A stretch of DNA of 64,000 nt from Eledone cirrhosa (Eukaryota): NCBI GenBank assembly GCA_964016885.1, contig OZ024743.1, positions 92,132,001-92,196,000 on the forward strand, given 5' to 3'. The translations under genes were made by a program, and so were the position numbers. The notes below the pieces were generated by a model that made no database searches, was not told where the DNA came from, and saw nothing but the letters and a program-made list of their open reading frames with translations. Below, piece by piece: positions 53,870-64,000 of the stretch (its first letter is position 1; the number at the start of each line of letters is the position of its first letter).

Positions 53870-53875
<6 letters not shown>
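53648..53875. repeat. ~230-bp near-perfect foldback palindrome
   Basis: Arms of ~105-110 bp around a few-nt spacer at ~53757-53764; the right arm contains GAAA-CATTTG-TA. Confidence 0.85.
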
Positions 53876-53910
<35 letters not shown>

Positions 53911-53912
<2 letters not shown>

Positions 53913-56313
53913 CTGGGGAAGAATGTACCCCACAGCATAGGTTAGTCGTTAGTGATATCTCAGTAAGCAAGAGACGAATGAGACATACAGGAAGGTGTGG
54001 AGAAGAAAGGTCTGGAAGCTAGAAGACCTTTCACTAAAATACAAATTTAGGAAAGCCCTTCAAGATGTGTATGACGAAAATGAAGATGATTTAGAGTCGT
54101 ATGACATAGATGATAACTGGAATTTCTTACGTGACAACTTACTGCAGGCTTCTGATGAAACTTGTCGCTGGAGCAGAGCTCCAACCAGACATAGGGTGAC
54201 TTGGTGGTGGAACAGCACGGTAGATAGGGCCATTAGAGACAAAAGACTAGCATGGAAGGCTTGGAAAAAGGGTGGGAAGGTAGGGAAGGATATACAGCCG
54301 CTACGAGAGCTAGACGTCAGGTGTATTTAGCACGCAGCGAGGTTGAGAGTAGGAGGTTTGCCAATGTTCTGCGACGGGAAGATCAGAGATGTGCGGTGTT
54401 CCACATTGCAAGGCAGTGTGTCAATGCAAATCAGGATGTTGTTGGAGATAAATGTGTCTGGAATGATGCCGGTGTACTTAGTGTCACGAATGATCAGAAA
54501 AAGGAGGCCTGGAAATGTCATTATGAGAGACTGATGAATGTAGAGAATGAATGGGAGAGAGAGAAATTATCCTCAGTAGATCCGACAAAGGGACCAGCTA
54601 TTGAGATTGACGAATATAGGGTCCAAGAGGCGATTAAGGAAATGAAAAATGGTAAGGCTGCTGGACCATCGGGGATAGTTGCTGAGATGCTGAAGGCTTC
54701 AGGGGACGAAGGCACTAGACTGGTTGCACGCATCATCAATCAGGCTCTATATGGTGGTGTCATACCCAAAGACTGGTGCAGCAGTATTCTCATAAATTGC
54801 TACAAAGGTAAAGAGGATGTTCTGGAGAGGAGCAATTATAGATGTATAAAACTGATGGATCAGGTTATGAAAGTGGCAGAAAGGATATTATCACAACTAA
54901 TTAGAGAAAGGGTGAAACTAGATGAGATGCAGTTTGGTTTTGTGCCTGGGAAAAGTACGACAGATGCCCTCTTCTTGGTGAGACAATTACAAGAGAGGTT
55001 CTTAGAAAAGAATAAACCATTATACTTAGCCTTTGTTGACCTAGAGAAGGCCTTTGATAGGGTACCCCAATCTATCATCTGGTGGTCCCTAAAGAAACTA
55101 GGTGTTGAGGAATGGCTTGTGAGGACAGTGCAAACTTTGTACAGAGGTGCTGTCAGTAAAGTGAGGGTAGGAATGGAGTTTAGTGAGGAATTCCAGATAC
55201 AAGTAGGGGTACATCAGGGTTCGGTCCTCAGCCCGCTCTTGTTCATTATAGTCCTCCAAGCCATAACAGAGGAGTTTAAGACTGGCTGTCCATGGGAACT
55301 TCTCTATGCTGACGATCTGGTTCTTATAGCAGAATCAGTAGAGGAGCTAGAGAATAAATTCTGGCTATGGAAACATCAGTTGGAAGCAAGAGGACTGAGA
55401 GTGAACCTAGCTAAGACGAAAGTGTTGATGAGTAGAAAAGAGGACAAAACTCTGATTCCGTCAGGGAAATGCCCATGTTCGATATGCAGAAATGGAACTC
55501 GCATAAATTCTATAAAATGCACACAATGCAGATCTTGGGTACACAAGAGATGTAGTGGGATAGCAGGCACACTAACAAGTAGGGAGAAATACGTATGCAA
55601 TAGATGTACAGGCAAATTAAACAGTAGAAGTCACATAGATAGACACATTTTTCAAATGCAGGAGGGTGCTATAAAAGTGGTTGATAGCTTCCGGTAACTA
55701 GGAGATCAGATTAGCATGGGCGGTGGGTGGGTGGCGGGATGTTCCAAGGCCATAGTATCTAGAATAAGGACGGGTTGGAAGAAGTTTAGGGAGCTGCTTC
55801 CTCTGCTGACGAAGAAGGGTTTCTCCCTGCATACGAAAGGCCGATTATATGATGCCTGTGTGAGGAGCGCGATGCTCCATGGTAGTGAGACATGGACAGC
55901 AACTGCAGAGGATATGTGACGGCTGGAGAGAAATGAGGCAAACATGCTCTGTTGGATGTGCAATGTCAATGTGTGTGAACGATCGAGCATGGATGTGTTG
56001 AGAGAGAAACTGTCTGAGAGGGATAAGTTGTAGTGTGCGAGAGAGGAGACTGAGGTGGTATGGACATGTGATGCGCATGAAGGATGACCGATGGGTGAAG
56101 AAGTGCCAGGAAATGCCAGTTGAAGGAAGACGTGGTAGAGGTAGACCACGAAAAACATGGGTGGAGGTGGTGAGAGAAGACTTCAGATCATTGAAGTTCA
56201 CAGTGGAGATGACGACGGACCGTGACAAATGGAGAGATGCTGTGCTGAATAGGACCCATCCCACCCTTGCAAGCAGGGAAAAGCGGACATAAAATGATGA
56301 TGATGATGATGAT
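53911..56313 (+). mobile_element. 5'-truncated RTE-clade LINE (end of APE domain, RT, PHD-like finger), pseudogenised, (GAT)n tail
   Basis: [58 protein letters not shown] and RRLRWYGHV; frameshifts and stops. Confidence 0.95.
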
Positions 56314-56408
56314 ACATAAAAATTTAAGGTATCAAAATATATCAATTATGTCTGATACTTGTGCTTCTTAATAGAAAAGCTCCATAGATATTTCTCTCTC
56401 TGTATATC

Positions 56409-56458
<50 letters not shown>

Positions 56459-56845
56459 TATACAATTGTCTTTGCTTGCAATTGTTCTACACGCTCCACA
56501 TATGACGAATTATCTTTGTTTTTTCCGTTCATTGCCAGAGAACGTCTCTATGAACCACCTAAGAGAACGTTAGTCCACGACTTCTTTTATACCATAAACG
56601 TGGTTCTGTTTTTGCGCGTAATTGTTTTTCACCGCTCCTATTAATGACGTATTATATTCGTTTTTTCCCGTTCTTTGCCAGGGAACGTTTCCACGAACTA
56701 AAGTATCGTCTTCCTGTCTTCCTCCGGTTGCAACGTTTTTTGAAATATCCACTTCTGCGTTTACAGATTGACTTTGTTAGTTTCAGAAGATCCCGTTAAG
56801 GGTGAAAGCAGCGATTCTTTGCTTACACTTTAATCTGTTATTTTA

Positions 56846-56883
<38 letters not shown>

Positions 56884-56891
<8 letters not shown>

Positions 56892-57500
56892 TTAGAATTG
56901 GAGCTCTGAAATAGCAATATATATATGGATGTATATATAATGTATTTTGCAATACACTTTATGCTTAATTAAAAGCATTTTGAAGACCGTAAGCTATTGT
57001 TTTAAAGTAGTGACAAATTCACTTACTTTGATCTCAGCAAACAGGGGAGATAAGCCGACAATGCCTTGTTTCGCTATTGTTGAAGCTTATCAAGGCTAAC
57101 TACTCCTTCCTGTCTACCGAGATCACCGATGTTATATTCTTATAGAATTCTAGTAAATAATCAGGAGCTGATTATGCAGAGCGGTTGTTGGTCAGGCAGA
57201 AATTAAAAATTAGAATTGGAGCTCTGACCAACAACCACTCTGCATAATCAGCTCCTGATTATTTACTAGAATTCTATAAGAATATAACATCGGTGATCTC
57301 GGTAGACAGGAAGGAGTAGTTAGCCTTGATAAGCTTCAACAAAAGCGAAACAAGGCATTGTCGGCTTATCTCCCCTGTTTGCTGAGATCAAAGTAAGTGA
57401 ATTTGTCACTTTAAAACAATAGCTTACGGTCTTCAAAATGCTTTTAATTAAGCATAAAGTGTATTGCAAAATACATTATATATACATCCATATATATATA
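56884..57500. mobile_element. Non-autonomous hammerhead-bearing element, 318-bp unit, inverted copy + forward copy; homologous to the 310-bp unit at 16141
   Basis: ATTAAAAATTAGAATTGGAGCTCTGA at 56884 and 57202. 57224-57500 is the reverse complement. Shares TCAGAGC..CCAATT..TCTGCC.GACC..CAACCGCTCT, ATTCTATAAG and GGTCTTCAAAATG with the 310-bp unit. Confidence 0.82.
57322..57366 (+). ncRNA. Type I hammerhead ribozyme, U3-A8 core variant (mirror copy on - strand ~57053-57097)
   Basis: AGCC-TTGATAA-GCTT-CAACAA-AAGC-GAAA-CAA-GGCA-TTG-TC-GGCT. Helix I is extended by GATCTCGGTAGACAGG/CCTGTTTGCTGAGATC. Confidence 0.82.
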
Positions 57501-57502
57501 TA

Positions 57503-58990
57503 TATTGTTATACTTTGGGAGGGTCATGTTGCCAATAAGAAACACACGTACCAGTTGCTTTCACTTCAATTTATTATAATAAATTTAGGAATTTATAAAT
57601 TTCCGGTTGGTTGGTTGATTCCACAACCAGATGGTTGTTTATATATTGTCAAAGTTCTTTCGTCACACATTCTGTGACCTCTTCAGTGACTGGGGATTAT
57701 TTTCTTTGTTTTTTGTGCCTCTCCTTTGTTCTGTCCTATGCCATCTTGTTTTTGTGTGTGTTGTGTGCTTAGTTTGCGCATGTGTTACATCCGGGTGTCT
57801 GTGTGTGTTTATATTCGTTTATTTACATGTTACTGGTTGGTTGTTCTATGTGTGTGTGTGTTTTCATTTTGTCCTTAATTGTAAGTTGTGATGTTGCTGT
57901 TCCACTCATGTTTTCTATTTAATTTTGGTTGTAATTCATTCATGTTTATTGCCTCTGTGATTTGTCTAAACATTGCGTCTTTTCTGTATGTAGATTCTAT
58001 TTTTATTTCTATGTTCTCTAATTTACCCTTATGTTCTATTTTAGCATGTTGGTAGAGTACAGATGATTTTTTACTATCTTGAAGGTCTCGCCAGTGTTCA
58101 TTTATCTGTTCCCCTATACTACGAGCTGTCTCACCTATGTACACTATATTTTTATCTCTACATTGTCCTTCAGTACATCTTATGCTATATACTACATTTC
58201 TAGTTTTACAGTTAATATGGGGGCTTAATTTACAGATTATACATTTCTTATCTATACAGAGAGGTCTTTGAAAAGGGTATGTCTTGCTAATAAGTGTTTT
58301 TATGGAGGTACCTGGTCTTTCTACTATCTTAATATTGAGTTTATGTTTATCTAGGGCCCTTCTAAATTTGTAAGCTAATTCACCTCTAGAGGTTGTATCG
58401 ATGAACATTATACTCTGGTATTTATTGCTATCATACCATGAGTTTATTCTATTAGCCTTATTCCTAGTTCTTTCTATTCTATTCCAAAATTTGCTCCTAT
58501 ACAAGGGGCAGGTCCCATTTGTGTCATTATTTACCATTTTTTCCCATTTGGTTCTGGCTCCTCTATACACTCTGATTTTATCTCTCTGATTGTAACCAGA
58601 GAACTGCATACGGTGGATGAAGTGTTGTATGTGTCTCTCTAGTTCTTCGGGGTTGCACATGCGGGACACGTTTCTCATCACCTGTACCAAATCCGCAATC
58701 AGTATGTTGATTTTGGTATGGTCCGAAACAGCTGAGTTTCGGTGGATCAGATATTTGGAAGTCATGGGTTTGGCATAATGGGAATGGAGGATTTGTTTTT
58801 TGTTGTTAATGGTATCTAACCAGAGCTCTGTGTCTAGTACAGGTAATCGATGGTTGGGGTGTTTGCTTGGGTAGTCTATAGTAACTCTAATACTCTGGTG
58901 GATGGAGTTAGCTATTTACTGGATGCTTTCCATTGTGTTTTTCTCTAATTCCTGACTGTTCTCTAGTGGGGGTGTTTTAACTAAAGAATG
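57503..58990 (-). mobile_element. 5'-truncated Penelope-like element (second family): RT thumb + GIY-YIG, 3' terminal region with hammerhead
   Basis: VTIDYPSKHPNHRLPVLD, HYAKPMTS, CKTRNVVYSIRC...YIGETARS...EH and RQITEA...LNRKHEW. In-frame stop at 58916-58918. HHR on - strand at 57647-57690: GTCA-CTGAAGA-G-GTCACA-GAATG-TGTGAC-GAAA-GAAC-TT-TGAC. Confidence 0.88.
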
Positions 58991-59294
58991 TTGCTAAACA
59001 AATTCAGAAACGAAATATATATATATATATATATATATAGGAAGGGCATCCAGCTGTAGAAAACCCGCCAGACAGTCCACGCTGTAATGTGGCCGTGTAG
59101 GCAACACGGTAAAAACCTCCCAGCCCCACACTGTAAATGTGGTTGGTGTTAGGAAGGGCATCCAGCTGTAGAAAACCCGCCAGACAGTCCTATGCGAGCA
59201 AGACAACCACTCTTGCCTCAAGTGGGAAAACCCCTGTCCAAACCCATGCAAGCGTGGAACACGGACGCTAAACCTGATGATGATGATGATGATA

Positions 59295-60607
59295 CGGGTG
59301 TGGATCAAAAAGTTCGCGGAATTTTATCGTAGCAAGAAAAAAATGAGGTTAAAACAATATTAAACATGTCAAAACATTGTCACTGGGTGTTTACCTTGCT
59401 ATTAGTCACTTGCAGTCAGTCATGCGCGGACTATTGTACAGTACTGACACGCTTTAAAAAACCTCATTTTGGAACAATGGAAAATAGTTATTTTGAGATA
59501 AGATCGAATATCAAGTTTCTGGTGAAACTCAAATGGAAAGGGACACAGATTATGGAGGCTTTAGTTAAAGTTTACGGTACTACTGCTCCAAAGAAAACTG
59601 CTGTCTACAAGTGGATTCAGCGATTCAAACAAGGGAGAGACGACCTTGAAGACGACCATCGCAGTGGAAGACCAGGAACATCAAAAAATGACCAAAATGT
59701 TGAGGCTGCTCAGACTTTAATTGAAGAAGATCGAAGAATAACAGTTAATCAGTTAGCTAAGTCCCTAGACATTTCATATGGTTCGGCAAATTCAATTCTG
59801 CACGATAATTTGGGACTAAACAAGCTTTCAGCACGATGGGTCCCAAAAGCGTTGCGCCCTGATCAGCTGATTCTTCGAAGTGATCTGTCTTTGGCAATAT
59901 TAAACAAAATTGAAGTCAATGAAGAGCATTTCCTGACCAGAATCATCACCGGAGATGAAACCTGGATCAACCAGTATGATCCTGAATCCAAACAGCAGTC
60001 AAAACAGTGGCTACCACGTGGATCATCGGGGCCAATCAAGTTCAAATCTCAAAAGTCGGATCAACAAGTGATGGCCACCATTTTCTGGGATTCAGATGGG
60101 GTGATACTAATAGATTATCTTGAAGGTCAAAGAACTGTGACAGGAGCTTACTATGCAAATGTTTTAAGGAAGCTGAAAGAGGCATTAGTCAAGAAACGAA
60201 AAGGGAAACTTCATGGTGGGATCTAGTTTCACCATGACAATGCACCAGCGCATTCTGCGTGGGTTGCAAAAGAAGTTCTTCGAGAATTTCGATGGGAAGT
60301 GCTTCTTCATCTGCCTTATAGTTAAGATTTAGCCCCATCAGACTTTTTCCTCTTTCCAAAACTCAAAGAAATGCTAAAAGGAACGCACTTTAGTGGTGTT
60401 GAAGAAGCTAAAAACACTGCCAACACATTGGCTTCGAACAAGGCCTTCAACTTTCTTTAGAGACGGCTTACAAAGCTGAAGCATCACCTTGTGAAGTGTA
60501 TTGACCTGGATGGCAACTATGTAGAAAAATAAATTGAAGGTAAATCATATTTTTTGAAAAATAGATTATGTTCTGAATAATTCCGCGAAATTTTTGATCC
60601 CCCCTTG
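59295..60607 (+). mobile_element. Full-length mariner (DD34D) DNA transposon, transposase inactivated
   Basis: ~29-bp TIRs (CGGGTGTGGATCAAAAAGTTCGCGGAATT / reverse complement CAAGGGGGGATCAAAAATTTCGCGGAATT) with TA on both sides. WVPKAL, TGDETW, HHDNAPAH and YS*DLAPSD motifs. ORF 59477-60532 has stops and a frameshift. Confidence 0.95.
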
Positions 60608-60989
60608 TATATATATATATATAAAGTGTGTATGTATGTTTAGGTTTTTATGTTTATCTAGCTATGTGAATGGTTATAGTTAAGTGTTAACATACTTTAA
60701 TTGGAGACAGCAGGTAATTAAAATTAATTATTTGGTGAGGACAAAAAGAAACCAAAATCAAAAATAATATTAATCAATGACTATATTGTTTTGATTCTAG
60801 TAAGGGAGACCACTCTAAACATGTTTTGGTATTATAGTACCTCTGCAGCAAAGTGTAGACTTCACTATACTTAATGAAATAGGGGTTGACAGGAATATAC
60901 ATTGGTTGGTGTATGAAGATAGAAATACTTCAAAGAAAGATTAACTTAGACCTCCATCATCATCATTTTTACATCCGTTTTTCCATGCT

Positions 60990-61023
<34 letters not shown>

Positions 61024-61739
61024 TATTCATTATCGTTTTTTCCACACTCGCATGGGCTGGATGGGTCCGTTTCAGCACACCATCTCTCCACTCACCACCT
61101 CCCTCTCCACTCACCACATTCCTTCATCATCTTCTCTGTGACTTTCAACAATTTGCGATCAGCTCTCGATCTTTCTCGGTCTACCGTTTTTGTGGTTTCC
61201 TTCCAATGGCATTTCCTGGCATTTCTTCACTCATCGATCATCATGCTTGGAAAAACAATAGTTAAGTTATCTGTGTTAACAGATTAAAAATAATTATGTA
61301 GTGTGTGTGGTGGTGGTTGGGGGACAAAACTATTAGTGGTTGACTAATATTGCTTTGAATTAAACAGAGACACCACTGAGTAACCTAGTGGTGTGTGTGT
61401 GTGTGTTAAACTGACAAGCATAAGGTCATGAGTTTGATTCCTAGACTAGATGGTACATTGTGTTGTTGGGTACGATGATTTATTTCATATTACTTTTTAT
61501 GATAGGACTGGGGCTGGCGTCCCTATCATTAAAACGCCTGAGAAACTTCCTATGTGATGCAACCTACATAGGTTGGAACTGTAACATGATAGAACTCTGA
61601 TCCCTATCACTAAAATACCCAAGAAAAGTCCTATGAGATATAACCTTGTCAGGTGGCCACCTACGCTTACATAGGTGGGAGCTGTAGTAACAAATATACG
61701 TGCTGAAATCAAAGAAATAATCTTCACTTATATCATGAT

Positions 61740-62120
61740 TATAGGGGACAGCAAATATTTATAGGCAGACACCTTATAAACATAGAGGACTCCTTCTATT
61801 TATAGGCAGACATCTCATTATTATTGGGAATGCCTCATGTTAATAAGAGACACTCCATGGTTATTGAGGCCACTCCATTTTTATAGGGAACTCAAAGTTT
61901 ATAGGGGGAGTTCTATATTATAGGGAGCTCTTTATGAAATACAGAGACACCTCATGTTTACAGAGGGACACCTTATATTTATAATGGGCCACTGCATGTT
62001 TATAGGGCAGACAACTCATGTTTATAGGGGGACACTCCACACTTATAGGATGACATCTCACATTTATAGGAGGATACTTCATGTTTATTGTGGGTCACAT
62101 CATGTTTATAGGGAAACACT
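61740..62120 (+). repeat. Degenerate ~20-bp minisatellite (TTTATAGG core)
   Basis: Recurring (ATG)TTTATAGGG..AC..CTC words. Confidence 0.55.
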
Positions 62121-62380
62121 ATATTCTCCTGTACTCATAAGTATGATGTATAGTGTAATAAAACCTTATAGTTACCTCCCTTTTAACTTACGTTATTCAA
62201 GGGATTTGTCTATTATAGATATATTTGGGATTACCTACTCTTAGAACTCTCCTATACTTTCAAAAATCTTGGTGGGAAGCCATTTTTAGTTATATGACAG
62301 GCTGAATGAGTTGGGGTTGAATAACACAACGGAACTTATGTACTTGTACATGTCACTGTTGTAACTAATTATATATATAT

Positions 62381-63703
62381 TGGAAGCACGGCCTAGAATC
62401 ATAGAGAAGAAATTCCAAACATGGAAGCACGGCCTAGAATCAAAAGGCCTTAAAATTAACCTGGCTAAGACTAAAGTTCTAGTTTGTAGGAAAGAAAATA
62501 AGGCGGCGGTCCCTTCCGGGAAATGGCCATGCTCAGTGTGTAGGAAAGGCGTAGGTAGAAACTCCATTTTATGTCCCAAATGCAAAGTATGGGTGCATAA
62601 AAGATGTAGTGGGATCACAGGTAAGCTAACTAAGAACTTAGATTTTACATGTGGGCGGTGCTCTGGTGCAATAAGTAGCAGCGAGTGCCCACAAAATACT
62701 TACTCTTTCAATTGCGCAGAGGGCTCTATAGAAATAGTGGACAGCTTCCGTTACCTGGGTGACAAAATCAGCAGTGGGGGAGGGTGCTCTGAAAGTACAG
62801 TAGCTAGAGTCAGAACTGGATGGAAAAAGTTCAGAGAGCTTATACCACTATTAGCCGTTAAGGGGTTCTCCCTAAAAATGAAAGGCAGGTTGTATGATGC
62901 CTGCATACGAACAGCAATGTTGCATGGCAGTGAGACCTGGGCATTGTGTGCAGAGGATATACGCAGACTAGAGAGGAACGAAGCTTGCATGCTCCGCTGG
63001 ATGTGTAATAGTAATATACGTGAACGGCAAAGCATAAACGAACTAAGGAAAAAATTAGAAATAAGAGGGATCAGATGTTGTTTATTCGAGAGAAGGCTAC
63101 GTTGGTACGGACACGTGATGCGCATGAAAGTCGATAGCTGTATAACAAAGTGCAGGGCAATAAAGATAGACGGTAGCCACGGAATAGGCAGACCTAGAAA
63201 ATCCTGGGACGAGCTGATAAACTCCGACCTCACACACTTACACCTCTCCAAGACAATGTCACTGGACCGAGACCTTTGGCGGTACTCAGTAATAGAGAAG
63301 ACCCGCCTTACCTAAATACATAGTAAAACCTACTACAGCCAGTCGGCATCTCTAACAAAATACACCCCCGTCCCACCACCCACACCCCATCCACACCACC
63401 CCCTCCTATGTAAAGTTATGTTGGTGCCACAACATCCAGGCCGAAACAAATGAGATCGTGTAGGTGCCACGACAAAAAAACACACAGTCCACGCTGTAAT
63501 GTGACCGTGTAGGCAACACGGTAAAAACCTCCCAGTCCCACACTGTAAATGTGGTTGGTGTTAGGAAGGGCATCCAACTGTAGAAAACCCGCCAGACAGT
63601 CCTATGCGAGCAAGACAATCACTCTTGCCTCAAGTGGGAATACCCCCGTCCAAACCCATGCAAGCGTGGAACACGGACGTTAAACGTTGATGATGATGAT
63701 GAT
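62381..63703 (+). mobile_element. 5'-truncated RTE LINE, open 311-aa C-terminal part with PHD-like finger, 3' UTR and (GAT)n tail
   Basis: GLKINLAKTKVL, CSVC..CPKC..WVHKRC..CGRC, FRYLG, HGSETW, RRLRWYGHV and GRPRKSW. Confidence 0.93.
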
Positions 63704-63764
63704 ATAAATATGTTTATGTATTTGTTTTGCAAGAATCTTGATGTGAAATTGTATGTTGAAACTG

Positions 63765-63960
63765 ATATTGTTATATTTGAGGATTGTCATGCTGCCAGTA
63801 TTGCCAATAAAACTACTCACACACCATATGTTTATCACTTTAGCTTTATTATTAGTTATTTGTTTTGTTTGTCAAAGTTCTTTCATCTCACATTCTGTGA
63901 CCTCCTCAATGACCATTTATTCTCTTTTGTGTCTGCTCCTACCTCTGGTCTTAATCTGTT
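63765..63960 (-). mobile_element. Decayed solo 3' end of the 57503-type Penelope-like element
   Basis: GTCAAAGTTCTTTCATCTCACATTCTGTGACCTCCTCAATGAC is a mutated copy of the HHR at 57647-57690, with a similar terminus ATATTGTTATATTTGAGG. Confidence 0.6.
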
Positions 63961-64000
63961 ATTTAAAAAAAACAAAAAGACAAGATGGACCATGTTCAGT

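Noticed and set aside
59366-60226. Intact or domesticated (SETMAR-like) transposase gene
   Set aside because: The ORF stops before the second catalytic Asp, with a further stop in YSPD and a frameshift; TIRs and TA flanks show an ordinary dead mariner.

Overview
Eukaryotic, extremely repeat-rich window with no recognisable host-gene exon. The SINE/RTE families and (TA)n/(TATG)n fields look like a cephalopod (octopus-type) genome (inference). Almost all long 'IYIY' ORFs are microsatellite artefacts. Real coding content is transposon-derived: one intact Penelope-like element (PLE; RT + C-terminal GIY-YIG, 25741-28182), a 5'-truncated second PLE, several RTE LINE fragments with a PHD-like finger, an L1/Tx1-type LINE fragment, a decayed mariner and a Tc1 remnant. 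There are also two non-autonomous Helitrons, tRNA-SINEs, LINE-derived mini/satellites and a 200-N gap. The main hidden signal is a hammerhead-ribozyme (HHR) retroelement system. The autonomous PLE is a >1-mer of a ~6.77 kb unit bounded by an HHR-like motif with a ~116-nt helix II. At least four small non-coding, circularly permuted, HHR-bearing units (310, 318, 472 and 696 bp; retrozyme-like) sit in (TA)n tracts, and three of them share the PLE's 'inverted copy + forward copy' architecture. Their HHRs show unusual variants: U3-A8 covariation, a recurrent U.U at the base of helix II, and a helix-II-less core. All ribozyme calls are from manual motif and pairing inspection; activity is untested.
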